Shown here piece by piece: positions 47,927-57,865 of a DNA stretch of 64,000 nucleotides (the first letter of the stretch is position 1; each line of letters begins with the position of its first letter). Below the pieces are notes generated by a model that did no database searches, had not been told where the DNA came from, and saw only the letters and a program-made list of their open reading frames with translations. Origin of the DNA: Ignavibacteriales bacterium (GTDB lineage Bacteria; Bacteroidota; Ignavibacteria; UBA10030; UBA8401); NCBI GenBank assembly GCA_037443785.1, contig JBBINR010000002.1, positions 92,820 to 156,819 on the forward strand, written 5' to 3'. Made by a program: the position numbers and the translations under genes.

Positions 47927-49186
47927 ATGAGAAAATTATTCATCATGTTTTTCATAACGTTTGTTTCTTTTGCTCAGCAAAAGATTCTGATTCCGATGGA
48001 TTTGAAACAGGAAAACCATCTGAAAGCATACGGAATTGCGTTTTGGGTTCTTGAAAAAGGAATGACCGTCGATTGGCTTCTGAATTACCGGGGTGGTTCG
48101 TTTATGATTGATTACACGGATCTTGCTGCCAATGAATGCCGCATTCGCGGAGTTTCGATTGAACCGATCAGCGGTTCATCGGCGGCGCAAATTTTGGGAG
48201 AAATTGCCAGTGATAATAACAATATGGATGTTATTCGATTGGAAAAGGCTCCGAAAGTGGCCGTGTATGTTCCGCCGGGATTTAAACCGTGGGATGATGC
48301 CGTAACACTTGCGCTTGAATATGCAGAGATTCCGTACACAAAATTATGGGACGACGAAGTGTTGAGCGGAAAGTTATCGGAATACGACTGGCTCCATTTG
48401 CATCACGAAGATTTTACGGGACAATACGGAAAATTTTATGCGTCGCATCGCAACTCGGCATGGTACATCGACCAGCAGCTGTCGTATGAAAAAAAAGCGA
48501 AAGAATTAGGATACCGAAAAGTGTCCGATGAGAAAAAAGCTGTCGCGAGAGCCATCCGTGACTATGTTGCTTCAGGCGGTTTCATGTTTGCGATGTGTGC
48601 CGCAACGGACAGTTATGATATTGCCTTGGCATCTGAAAATGTCGACATCTGCGAGACAATGTTTGACGGCGATCCTGCAGACAGAAACGCGCAGCAGAAA
48701 CTCGATTTTTCAAAAACATTTGCTTTCCAAAATTTTACCTTAGAGATGAATCCGTTTCGGTACGAGTTTTCCGATATCGATAGCCCTCCGAGCGACCCTG
48801 TGCCCTTGCGCGATCCGAATACGGATTATTTCACATTGTTCGATTTTTCCGCGAAGTACGATCCTGTGCCGACAATGCTGACCCAAAACCATGTGAACAT
48901 TCTCAAGGGGTTCATGGGACAGACGACAGCTTTCAAAAAGTCATTGATTAAACCGAGCGTTATTATTCTTGGGGAGCGTGAAGGAACCGATGAAGTCCGA
49001 TACATTCACGGAAATTACGGCCGCGGCACTTTTACTTTTTACGGCGGTCATGATCCCGAAGATTATCAACATGCGGTAGGCGATCCGCCGACCGATCTCA
49101 ATCTTCACAAAAATTCTCCCGGGTACAGAATTATTCTCAACAATATTCTTTTTCCTGCAGCAAAAAAGAAACAGCAAAAAACATAA
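47927..49186 (+). CDS. conserved FCB exported protein with class I glutamine-amidotransferase-like segment (as recalled, often labelled asparagine synthetase B)
   Basis: signal peptide, HLKAYG, WLLNYRGGSF, DWLHLHHEDFTGQYGKF, GGFMFAMCAATD, GGHDPEDY. Confidence 0.75.
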   Translation: MRKLFIMFFITFVSFAQQKILIPMDLKQENHLKAYGIAFWVLEKGMTVDWLLNYRGGSFMIDYTDLAANECRIRGVSIEPISGSSAAQILGEIASDNNNMDVIRLEKAPKVAVYVPPGFKPWDDAVTLALEYAEIPYTKLWDDEVLSGKLSEYDWLHLHHEDFTGQYGKFYASHRNSAWYIDQQLSYEKKAKELGYRKVSDEKKAVARAIRDYVASGGFMFAMCAATDSYDIALASENVDICETMFDGDPADRNAQQKLDFSKTFAFQNFTLEMNPFRYEFSDIDSPPSDPVPLRDPNTDYFTLFDFSAKYDPVPTMLTQNHVNILKGFMGQTTAFKKSLIKPSVIILGEREGTDEVRYIHGNYGRGTFTFYGGHDPEDYQHAVGDPPTDLNLHKNSPGYRIILNNILFPAAKKKQQKT

Positions 49187-50010
49187 TGGAAAAATTCCCT
49201 GTTCCAAAAGTCTCTCTTGTTATTGCTGTGTACAACAAAGCGAACAATCTTCAGTTAATTTTTACTGCGCTTGCCCGCCAAACATTTAAAGACTTTGAAA
49301 TCATTGTTGCCGACGACGGTTCCGGGAAAGAAATTGCCGACGTCGTCAATAAGGCCAAACGGGATTATCCTTTCCGCATCAAACATCTGTGGCATGCCGA
49401 CAAAGGCTGGCGAAAGAACATGATGTTGAATTATGCCATTCAGGAATCGACCGCCGACTACATCATTTTTATCGACGGCGATTGTATCCCTTCGGAGCGG
49501 TTTATGGAAGATCATTTTACTCATCGCGAAAAAAAATTTGTGCTGCTCGGCAGACGGGTTGAGCATGGAGAACGGTGGGCAAAAAAATTAACGGTGGAAA
49601 AAATCCGATCGGGTGAATTTGAGCGGTACTCTCTTCTTGATATTCTTGATGCTGCAAAAGGAATGTCGTCACGTTTGGAACACGGGATCAGAATTCCTTT
49701 TGAGTTTGTCCGACGCATGACAAAAAAATCTGATGGAATGCTCGGGTGTAATTTTTCAACATTCAAAGAACATCTTGTTGCTGTCAACGGATTCGATGAA
49801 GCGTATGACGGTCCGGGGAGCGGTGAAGATTCCGATATTTTTTTCAGGCTACATTTGATCGGCGTTAAAGGAAAATCACTTCGGAATCTCGCCATTCAAT
49901 ATCATCTCTGGCATCCATTGACTAAAACACTGGAGAGGAATTATCAACGATTTCTTAAAATGCAGCAACGGGCACTTCCGCAGTGCCGCAACGGTTTGAA
50001 AAAACTTTAA
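49186..50010 (+). CDS. glycosyltransferase family 2
   Basis: IVADDGS, IFIDGDCI, GCNFS, VNGFDE.Y.G.G.EDSD, HLWH. Confidence 0.9.
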   Translation: MEKFPVPKVSLVIAVYNKANNLQLIFTALARQTFKDFEIIVADDGSGKEIADVVNKAKRDYPFRIKHLWHADKGWRKNMMLNYAIQESTADYIIFIDGDCIPSERFMEDHFTHREKKFVLLGRRVEHGERWAKKLTVEKIRSGEFERYSLLDILDAAKGMSSRLEHGIRIPFEFVRRMTKKSDGMLGCNFSTFKEHLVAVNGFDEAYDGPGSGEDSDIFFRLHLIGVKGKSLRNLAIQYHLWHPLTKTLERNYQRFLKMQQRALPQCRNGLKKL

Positions 50011-50018
50011 ATGTCTAT

Positions 50019-50048
50019 TTTCACCGACATATATCTCCATTGACCGAA
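50019..50048 (+). promoter_or_regulatory. possible LytTR direct-repeat binding site
   Basis: TTCACCGA (50020-50027) and TTGACCGA (50040-50047), 20-nt period, upstream of an operon encoding a LytTR regulator. Confidence 0.4.
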
Positions 50049-50112
50049 AAACGAGTAACTTTTCCTTGCTTTCTGGGTAGATTAATGAAGAATTACACAG
50101 GGAGAATTTTTT

Positions 50113-50472
50113 ATGGAAATTTATTCACACAAAAAGTCGGGAAGCGGAATGTTTGTCGGCGGGATGCTGATTTTGATAGGTTCGATATTGATGCTGCAGC
50201 GGTTTGCTATCGTGCATATCGATTCGATCTGGAATTTCTGGCCGTTCATTTTTGTCGTCATGGGTGCTTCAAAAATTATCACTGCCTTGAACGCGAGGGA
50301 ATTTGGCGCTGGTATTTGGTTCATTTTTTTGGGGTTGTGGTTATATGTGTCGATCAATCAGGTATTCGGACTCGGTTTCAATGAAACGTGGCCGGCAATT
50401 ATTATTGCCTGGGGATGCAGTTTAATCTGGAAATCATTTTTTAGCAATTCGTACCGCTGGATAAGGGGGTAA
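50113..50472 (+). CDS. LiaF/LiaI-like transmembrane protein (DUF5668-like)
   Basis: G.LILIG...FWP...TWP repeats. Confidence 0.8.
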   Translation: MEIYSHKKSGSGMFVGGMLILIGSILMLQRFAIVHIDSIWNFWPFIFVVMGASKIITALNAREFGAGIWFIFLGLWLYVSINQVFGLGFNETWPAIIIAWGCSLIWKSFFSNSYRWIRG

Positions 50473-50474
50473 TT

Positions 50475-51200
50475 ATGGAAACAAAAAAATATTCGTTCTT
50501 TACACCGCAATTTATTTTAGGAATACTCATTATCGCCATTGGCGCTGCATTCATGCTCGATAATCTTGGGTATGTTGATGCCGTTGAATACGTCCGCTAT
50601 TGGCCTGCTCTCCTTATTGTGTATGGTGTTGCAAAAGTATTGCAGTCGCCCGGAAGCCCGGGACGCATTTTTGGAGGGATATTAATTGCGGTCGGAAGCT
50701 TAATGCTGCTGGACCGATTAGATATTCTCACATTCCGCATTCACGACTGGTGGCCTGTCATCTTAATTATTATCGGCATCAACTTTCTCCGCGGTTCACG
50801 AAGACGATCAAAAAATATTTTTGAACGGCAGTCCGATTCGGCATCGCCGGGCAGTTCTGACAACGATTCGTACATTAAACATTTTGCCATCATGGGCGGA
50901 GTGAAACGATCGATTTGCTCAAAAGAATTTCGCGGCGGCGAATTGACAGCAATTATGGGCGGATGCGAGATTGATCTTCGGGAAGCGGTTATTACCGATG
51001 ACGGAGCTGTATTGGATGTGTTTACATTAATGGGGGGCGTCGAACTTCGCGTGCCGATGGATTGGAAAGTCATTGTACAAGTGTCGCCATTTATGGGCGG
51101 GGTCGATGATAAAACCTACGTTCAGCAGGAAGGCAAACCTGCCAAGCGTTTACTTCTGACCGGGACAATTATCATGGGCGGCATCGAAATTAAAAATTAA
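50475..51200 (+). CDS. LiaF-like protein (TM domain plus DUF2154-like C-terminus)
   Basis: YWP/WWP TM repeats, four MGG beta-repeats, VPMDW. Confidence 0.82.
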   Translation: METKKYSFFTPQFILGILIIAIGAAFMLDNLGYVDAVEYVRYWPALLIVYGVAKVLQSPGSPGRIFGGILIAVGSLMLLDRLDILTFRIHDWWPVILIIIGINFLRGSRRRSKNIFERQSDSASPGSSDNDSYIKHFAIMGGVKRSICSKEFRGGELTAIMGGCEIDLREAVITDDGAVLDVFTLMGGVELRVPMDWKVIVQVSPFMGGVDDKTYVQQEGKPAKRLLLTGTIIMGGIEIKN

Positions 51201-51202
51201 TA

Positions 51203-52255
51203 ATGCATCCAATTCTTTCCGACAGAAAAAAGCTGACGATTTATCTAATCATTTGGATCATCGCCGGCTTTTTGCTTTCATTTGTCGCAAGCAAATGGTT
51301 CTCCATTAATCTGTACGCCGCAATCATATTCATTCTTCCGATGATGTACGTGTACGGGGAGATGAATCTTTCTGCGTGGTATATCGCAAAAACATTTTCC
51401 TTTAATAAAAAAAGCGTACTGACTGTTCTTGGTGTATTGTTGGTCGCCCTTATTGCCATCAGCTCACTCTGGACATTGCTATGCTGGGGATGGATGATCG
51501 TTATTGAACAGGGCCTGGGCATTCCTGTTCTGCCGCAAAAATCATTGATGCACTTTTTTATCGTCTATGCGACGGGAAAACAACTCTATCTTATCTCGCT
51601 TGCAATCAGTTACTTGATGACGACATTCGAAACATCGCGAAATGCAGAACACAATGCGTACGAAGCACAGTTGCTGGCACAAAGTTCCGAACTCAAAGCA
51701 CTGCGCATGCAGATCAATCCACATTTTCTTTTCAACAGTCTTAACTCCATCAATGCATTAATTACGCAGCAACCCGAACAAGCAAGAACAATGACAACGC
51801 TGCTGGCGGATTTTTTTCGAAAAAGTTTGCAGTTTGGTTCCAAAGAAACAATCACGCTTTTGGAAGAAATTTCGCTTCTGACAAATTATCTTCAGATCGA
51901 AAAAATTCGGTTTGGTGCACGATTGAATGTAGAACAAGATATTGATGAAAAAGCATTGCCGTGTTCCGTACCGCCGCTTATTCTTCAGCCCCTGCTTGAA
52001 AACGCCATTAAATACGGCATTTCCGGAACGATTGACGGCGGACTTGTTCGACTGCGAATTGAGAAAATGCAGGAAAGGATTTTCATTACGCTGGAAAATC
52101 CATTTGACAGCGATGTCCCCCAAAAAAATGGGACAGGGCTTGGTTTGCATATCGTAAAAAGAAGACTGGCGGCAATTTTTGGAACCGATGCTGATGTAAA
52201 GACCTTTCGTGAAAAAAATATTTTTCGAGTCGTACTCTTTTTCCCGGTAAAATAA
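51203..52255 (+). CDS. LytS/YehU-family sensor histidine kinase
   Basis: QINPHFLFNSLNSI, YLQIEKIRFG, LQPLLENAIKYG, GTGLGL. Confidence 0.93.
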   Translation: MHPILSDRKKLTIYLIIWIIAGFLLSFVASKWFSINLYAAIIFILPMMYVYGEMNLSAWYIAKTFSFNKKSVLTVLGVLLVALIAISSLWTLLCWGWMIVIEQGLGIPVLPQKSLMHFFIVYATGKQLYLISLAISYLMTTFETSRNAEHNAYEAQLLAQSSELKALRMQINPHFLFNSLNSINALITQQPEQARTMTTLLADFFRKSLQFGSKETITLLEEISLLTNYLQIEKIRFGARLNVEQDIDEKALPCSVPPLILQPLLENAIKYGISGTIDGGLVRLRIEKMQERIFITLENPFDSDVPQKNGTGLGLHIVKRRLAAIFGTDADVKTFREKNIFRVVLFFPVK

Positions 52256-52256
52256 T

Positions 52257-52997
52257 ATGGATCGAATAAAAGCGGTAGTCGTCGATGATGAAGAGCTTGC
52301 CCGAGGATTGCTGCGAGAATATCTCTCGGGCTATCCGAACGTAGAAATTATTGCGGAATGCGGCAATGGATTTGACGCCGTGAAAATAATTTCCGAACAA
52401 AAGCCCGATCTTATTTTTCTTGATGTTCAAATGTCGAAGTTGAGCGGCTTTGAGGTCATTGAGTTGTTAGAGCATCCACCCGCAGTGATTTTTGTTACGG
52501 CCTTCGATCAATTTGCGCTGCAGGCATTCGATGTTCATGCCGTTGATTATCTTTTGAAGCCGTTTACAAAAGACCGGCTTGCAGAGGCATTACACCGTGC
52601 ATTCGAGCGGATCGAAAAAAATTCTCCTGAAGACTTTAGCGAAATAGTTCAATTGGCAAGACCTACGGGGGAAAATCTTGAACGGGTCTTGATAAAAGAA
52701 GGATCGAAAGTTCATGTTTTTCCGGTAGAAAAGGTTGATTACGCCGAAGCTCAAGACGATTATATTTCTTTTCGTATCGAAGGAAAATCGTACTTAAAAT
52801 TTCAGCGGTTAGCCGATCTTGAATCATCGCTCGACCCAAAACTCTTTGTGCGGATTCATCGCTCGTATATTCTTAATATCGACAGGCTTTCGAAAATAGA
52901 ATTATATGCAAAGGATTCGCGTACAGCAATTCTGAAGGACGGCACCCAACTTCCGGTCAGCCGAACCGGATATGATAAATTAAAAGTGCTGTTGTAA
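52257..52997 (+). CDS. LytTR-family response regulator
   Basis: receiver (VDDE, FLDVQM, DYLLKP) plus FVRIHRSYILN...LPVSR. Confidence 0.94.
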   Translation: MDRIKAVVVDDEELARGLLREYLSGYPNVEIIAECGNGFDAVKIISEQKPDLIFLDVQMSKLSGFEVIELLEHPPAVIFVTAFDQFALQAFDVHAVDYLLKPFTKDRLAEALHRAFERIEKNSPEDFSEIVQLARPTGENLERVLIKEGSKVHVFPVEKVDYAEAQDDYISFRIEGKSYLKFQRLADLESSLDPKLFVRIHRSYILNIDRLSKIELYAKDSRTAILKDGTQLPVSRTGYDKLKVLL

Positions 52998-53151
52998 AAA
53001 TCATCTCCTGCAAAACTGCCGGGCTTCACGGCGTGTAAAAACAGAAAAGTATTTTTAGTTTTGTATTTTTCACGTGTGTTTCCCTTTTACCAGAATAAAA
53101 TTTCTCTGCACGTCTTTACTCTTTTCATTTCGTTTCGTACACTGCATCGGT

Positions 53152-53805
53152 ATGAAATTTCAACTTCCCTATGGAAATTATCTCTCCGCCGCTCCGGATT
53201 TTTTGATGGCGCTTACGTTTCTTGCTACCTGGATCGAGCCTGCGGCGCTTGGCGAGAACATGATCAAGAATCTGATGTTAGTGATGTTGATGGAATTTAT
53301 TACGATCCATTCATCGGCATTTTTTGGCGTGTTGATGTTCAGGGAAATTCCGAAAATGAAAAAAATAATCTTTCTACTGCTGCTGGGCGGATTTTATACG
53401 ATATTTGTTGCAGGCTTTTCGCTTTCATCCGGCGAGTGGTGGCCCATTGTAGCATTTTGGGGTTTGATTTTTAACAGACTCATGTCTGTTGTGTTTGGCA
53501 ACTATGACAATGGGAAGGAAGGAGCTGTCATGGCAAGTATGTGGGTTGCCGGGGTCGTCTGTTACCTCGGTGGAGTTACACTGACCATTATGCTTCCCAT
53601 ACCGCCATTAGGAGTGACAAAAGAAATTATTCACTCTATGGGTATGAGCGGCAGCGGTTTATGGATTGATGAGCCGCATCGACTTGTTGCGTTTGGGGCT
53701 TTATATTTTTCGCTGATTGGTCTTGCGGAGATTTCCATAGAAAAGTGGGGTGGAAAAATCGATCTATCAAAATTTTCAACAATGAAATCTTCATTTCCTC
53801 AATAA
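53152..53805 (+). CDS. hypothetical multi-TM membrane protein
   Basis: about six hydrophobic helices, EFITIHS motif; start re-called to ATG 53152. Confidence 0.65.
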   Translation: MKFQLPYGNYLSAAPDFLMALTFLATWIEPAALGENMIKNLMLVMLMEFITIHSSAFFGVLMFREIPKMKKIIFLLLLGGFYTIFVAGFSLSSGEWWPIVAFWGLIFNRLMSVVFGNYDNGKEGAVMASMWVAGVVCYLGGVTLTIMLPIPPLGVTKEIIHSMGMSGSGLWIDEPHRLVAFGALYFSLIGLAEISIEKWGGKIDLSKFSTMKSSFPQ

Positions 53806-53811
53806 AAATTC

Positions 53812-54714
53812 ATGAAACACAAATACTACACCTGTGATGTCTTTACCGATCAGCGTTTTGGCGGGAATCAACTCGCAGTGTTTCCCGATGCCGCAAGCAT
53901 TCCCGAACATTTATTTCAATCCATTGCAAAGGAATTTAATTTTTCCGAAACGACGTTCGTTTTTTCACCCACCAATTCAAAAAATACAAAACGTGTTCGT
54001 ATTTTTACTCCGGGCGGAGAATTGCCTTTCGCGGGGCATCCAACAGTAGGAACGGCATTCGTGCTAGGAGCGATTGGGCAAATCAAGATTTCGAAAGAGG
54101 AAACGAATATTATTTTTGAAGAAGGGGTCGGTGATGTTCCGGTGAAAATTTTTTCGCGGAATAACAAACCAATTTTTGCGCAACTCACCGCAGCAAAGCT
54201 TCCGGAATTTTTTTCTGCCCCCGGCGGTGACGAGATTGCTCACTTTCTTTCTCTTGCCTCAAATGATCTTGATAAAAATTTTCCAATTCAGGTTGTGTCA
54301 TGCGGAGTCCCATTTTTGTTTGCCGCCGTAACATCCCGCGCCGCTTTAAAACACATTCGCATCAACATTGAAAAAATGGAAACAGCCCTCCGTTCGTGCA
54401 AGGCAAAAGATGTTTTTATTTTTACGACGGACGCGGAACAAACCGATTCACAATTTCGCGCACGAATGTTCGCGCCATTGCTTGGCATTCCTGAAGACCC
54501 CGCCACAGGAAGTGCTGCGGCGTCGTTCGCCGGTTATCTTGCAGAAAAAAATCCATTAAACGATGGAGTGGTAAAATGGAAAATCGAACAAGGGTTTGAA
54601 ATGGGCAGGCCGAGTTTACTTTTTGTTGAAGCAGATAAACAGAACGGAGAAACGCAGGCAATTCGTGTTGGCGGCAATGTTGTGATGATCAGCGAAGGAG
54701 AGATGGAAATTTAG
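53812..54714 (+). CDS. PhzF family isomerase
   Basis: DVFT...GGNQLAV, SETTF, ELPFAGHPT, EDPATGSA, EQG.EMGRPS. Confidence 0.93.
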   Translation: MKHKYYTCDVFTDQRFGGNQLAVFPDAASIPEHLFQSIAKEFNFSETTFVFSPTNSKNTKRVRIFTPGGELPFAGHPTVGTAFVLGAIGQIKISKEETNIIFEEGVGDVPVKIFSRNNKPIFAQLTAAKLPEFFSAPGGDEIAHFLSLASNDLDKNFPIQVVSCGVPFLFAAVTSRAALKHIRINIEKMETALRSCKAKDVFIFTTDAEQTDSQFRARMFAPLLGIPEDPATGSAAASFAGYLAEKNPLNDGVVKWKIEQGFEMGRPSLLFVEADKQNGETQAIRVGGNVVMISEGEMEI

Positions 54715-54735
54715 TTTCTGTAAAGGCGAAAGGCA

Positions 54736-55311
54736 TTATGAAAGCTGACGAATTTTCTGCTGAAAAATATTTAGAATGCTTTCTTTGGTCGGGAATGTCA
54801 GGAAGGAAAAAAGAAAAAATATTGCCGCAGGCATGGCATTCAGGATGTACACGATATGAATTTGTGCAACTCCTTTCGTTACCGCAATCAAGCAGATCGC
54901 CAGTGAAAAAAACGCTGCTCCTTCCATCAGTGCCAATCGTATCAATGTTGCAGTAAAAATTACCTGGAAGTATTTTTCCGCTGGCGTGGAAGCAATAATC
55001 TTTCCACCTCGATCCGTGAACGCTCGTGAAAAAGATTTTTCTATGCTCGCTTTGGCAAATTGTTTCTTATAAATATAGTTAACCCCAAAATAGATCGTCA
55101 TCGAAAAGACTGTGTTAACAGATGAAAGTACGTCGATATCGCCAGTCGAAGTCCGTTCATCGTTATTGGTGAAAAATAAAACAACGACAACCAACGAAAA
55201 AAGCCCGACACCGACAGTCATTGCTCCCTGGACAATCTGCATGACGCGGATTTTTGCAGGGGAAAGCGCCAGTTCAAATTCAATTGGATTGATGTTCGGA
55301 AGAGATTCCAT
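54736..55311 (-). CDS. hypothetical four-TM membrane protein
   Basis: hydrophobic helices, IRLALMEGAAFF...FPT. Confidence 0.65.
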   Translation of the reverse strand: MESLPNINPIEFELALSPAKIRVMQIVQGAMTVGVGLFSLVVVVLFFTNNDERTSTGDIDVLSSVNTVFSMTIYFGVNYIYKKQFAKASIEKSFSRAFTDRGGKIIASTPAEKYFQVIFTATLIRLALMEGAAFFSLAICLIAVTKGVAQIHIVYILNAMPAAIFFLFSFLTFPTKESILNIFQQKIRQLS

Positions 55312-55355
55312 TCATGTTGTCCTTATTCTGTTTATTCACAGCGGGTTTTGATTTT

Positions 55356-56834
55356 TTACGAAGGAAGTTTTTTTCGCTGCCGAATTGCTTTTTCATACAG
55401 CTTCACATACATCCCTGCCGAATTATTCCAGGAATTATCACGACTCATTCCGTTGAGTTGAATTTTTCTCCACTCATCATGAATATGAAATGAATCAATT
55501 GCGCGCTGCACGGAACTTGTTAATGCCAATGAGGTGGCATCATTAAATGAAAATCCATTTCCAATTTCTTTTCCATAATAAGAAAACTCATGCCAATCCT
55601 GAACGGTATCGGCAAGTCCGCCGGTTTTTCGAACGATGGGAACTGTGCCATAGCGCAATGAGTACATTTGATTCAATCCACACGGTTCATAATGCGACGG
55701 CATCAAAAACATATCCGCACCGGCTTCAATGAGATGAGCGAGTTCGTTGTTGAATCCTATGTGTGTGTAACATTGATCGGGAAGATATCGGCTTGCCGAT
55801 GTAAATATCTGTTCGTACCGTTCTTCACCCGACCCAAGAATGATCCATTGCGCTTTCTTTTCCATGAGCTCTTCAAGGGAATCTGTCACAAGGTCAAATC
55901 CTTTTTGGGCGACAAGCCGTGAAATAATTCCGATGACGGGGATGTTTTTATCGTAGGGGAGCGAACATTGTTTCAGCAAAAATTTCTTGTTCTCTTCTTT
56001 GTTCTCAAGGTTTTCTTTTGAGTAATGGAATGGAATCAGCGGATCAGCTTCAGGACTCCATTCTTCGGTGTCAATCCCGTTGAGAATCCCGTACAAATCG
56101 TGCTGACGAGAGCGAAGGATGTCTTGTAAACCCGCGCCATATTTCGGCGTAAGGATTTCATGGGCGTACGTGTCACTGACGGTTGAAATGATCTCCGAGA
56201 AAACGATTCCCGCTTTCATCATCGATACTGTATCCTCAAATTCCAACGGTCCTCCGGGATAATAAAAATCCCGCCGTAGTTCACCTTTCATCATCGTTGC
56301 TTCAGAAAATCTTCCCTGATATCCGATGTTATGGACGGAGTATAAGAATGAGGTTCGGTCAAACATTTTGTCCCACGAATAATTATCCTTTACCAAGAGC
56401 GGCAGCAAACCGGTCTGCCAATCGTTGCAATGAATCACATCGGGACGCCATTGCAACCGCTGAAGAGTTTCAATCACGGCTTTATTGAAAAGGATAAATC
56501 GCTCATCTTCATCCCACTCATCGGTATAGATTCTTCCGCGGAAGAAAAACTCGCGGCAATCGATGAAATACACCTCAACGTCGGATGACGGAAGAATTGA
56601 CTGATGAAGGTAGACAGAACGGTCGGCGCCGCCGACGCGGATGTTCATTTCGCCGAACGTACTGAGAAACTGCAGTTGAAATTTTTGTTCATCGATGGAA
56701 TCGTATTTTGGAATGAATACCTTAACTTCGACCCCGAGGGAGCGAAGATATTTTGGAAGAGCACCGATAACATCAGCTAATCCGCCGGTTTTAGCGAAGG
56801 GGGCGCACTCTGAAGCGACAATGGCAACATTCAT
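55356..56834 (-). CDS. glgA: glycogen synthase
   Basis: KTGGLADV, HCNDWQT, SRLVAQKG, PSHYEPCGLNQ. Confidence 0.96.
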   Translation of the reverse strand: MNVAIVASECAPFAKTGGLADVIGALPKYLRSLGVEVKVFIPKYDSIDEQKFQLQFLSTFGEMNIRVGGADRSVYLHQSILPSSDVEVYFIDCREFFFRGRIYTDEWDEDERFILFNKAVIETLQRLQWRPDVIHCNDWQTGLLPLLVKDNYSWDKMFDRTSFLYSVHNIGYQGRFSEATMMKGELRRDFYYPGGPLEFEDTVSMMKAGIVFSEIISTVSDTYAHEILTPKYGAGLQDILRSRQHDLYGILNGIDTEEWSPEADPLIPFHYSKENLENKEENKKFLLKQCSLPYDKNIPVIGIISRLVAQKGFDLVTDSLEELMEKKAQWIILGSGEERYEQIFTSASRYLPDQCYTHIGFNNELAHLIEAGADMFLMPSHYEPCGLNQMYSLRYGTVPIVRKTGGLADTVQDWHEFSYYGKEIGNGFSFNDATSLALTSSVQRAIDSFHIHDEWRKIQLNGMSRDNSWNNSAGMYVKLYEKAIRQRKKLPS

Positions 56835-56932
56835 AGTAATTTAAGATTATTGAGGTACCATAATATCGTGAATCAATTCAAAATATAAAAAGTAAAATAC
56901 CTGGGGGGGAATTAAACCATAGATTGATAATT

Positions 56933-57832
56933 TCATTTTCCATTATTGACATGCCAATCCGACGTTACTTCCATCCAGCAAACCAACCCGCGCCAAGCGC
57001 CATATTTCTCGTAATGCTTTTCAATTGCTGCATCGGAAATTTTTCTGCCGTTCTTGTGTATTTCCGAAAATCGTTTACGCACCCATGAATCGATGCCGAG
57101 ATAATCATACCGTCCAAGTAATTTCAGCAAATTCCCTGCCGCATAATGACCAATGCCTTTAATGGAACGAAGTTTTTCGTACAGCTCAATCGTTGGACGA
57201 TCCGACGCGCGAAGCGATTCTATCTCTACCGTATGTGCCGAAATTTTTCTACAGAATTCAAGCAAATACGGCGCTCGGTATCCGCATGAAATTTCTTTTC
57301 GAAGCCATTTTTCGGATTTCCTTGCAATTACTTCGGGAGTTGGAAATGAAAATACCTTGTCCAGCACTTCTGTGCCAAGCTTCGTTGTAAGATTCGAAAT
57401 CATAATCTTCGTCAGCGACCAGCTGCAATTGGTCGTGCACATCATTTTTACAACGTCTTCAAAAACGGTCGACGAACGAAGAAGTCTGCCGGCATTAACT
57501 TTTGGAACCCACCGAAGATGCGGCTCCTTCCGACACAATGCATAAAAATCATCTAATTGCTCATCGATGCGACACATCGATCGGACAGAATTTGTAATGA
57601 TTTTTTTATCGGAACTGCCGATGGTCTGCGGCGAAAGAATCTTCGCTGACAACGATGTTGTGTTTGCTTTGACAAGAACGGCTGCCTGCCGATCCTTTGG
57701 CAATGCTATGACAGCATGGAGTTCAGTTAAATTTTCATTTGCGCGAAACGGCGGAAGATCGTACCATCCGTGACTGTTGATTGTTCGATGAAGATCAAAG
57801 TGTTGAGGCCGGCTAATCGTAATGGTATTCAA
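56933..57832 (-). CDS. HhH-GPD DNA glycosylase (AlkA/OGG-like)
   Basis: FPTPE, GYRAPY, IKGIGHYAA HhH motif, GIDSWV. Confidence 0.85.
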   Translation of the reverse strand: MNTITISRPQHFDLHRTINSHGWYDLPPFRANENLTELHAVIALPKDRQAAVLVKANTTSLSAKILSPQTIGSSDKKIITNSVRSMCRIDEQLDDFYALCRKEPHLRWVPKVNAGRLLRSSTVFEDVVKMMCTTNCSWSLTKIMISNLTTKLGTEVLDKVFSFPTPEVIARKSEKWLRKEISCGYRAPYLLEFCRKISAHTVEIESLRASDRPTIELYEKLRSIKGIGHYAAGNLLKLLGRYDYLGIDSWVRKRFSEIHKNGRKISDAAIEKHYEKYGAWRGLVCWMEVTSDWHVNNGK

Positions 57833-57865
57833 AAATATTTTCCTTCTTTCCTTTAATAAGAGCGC

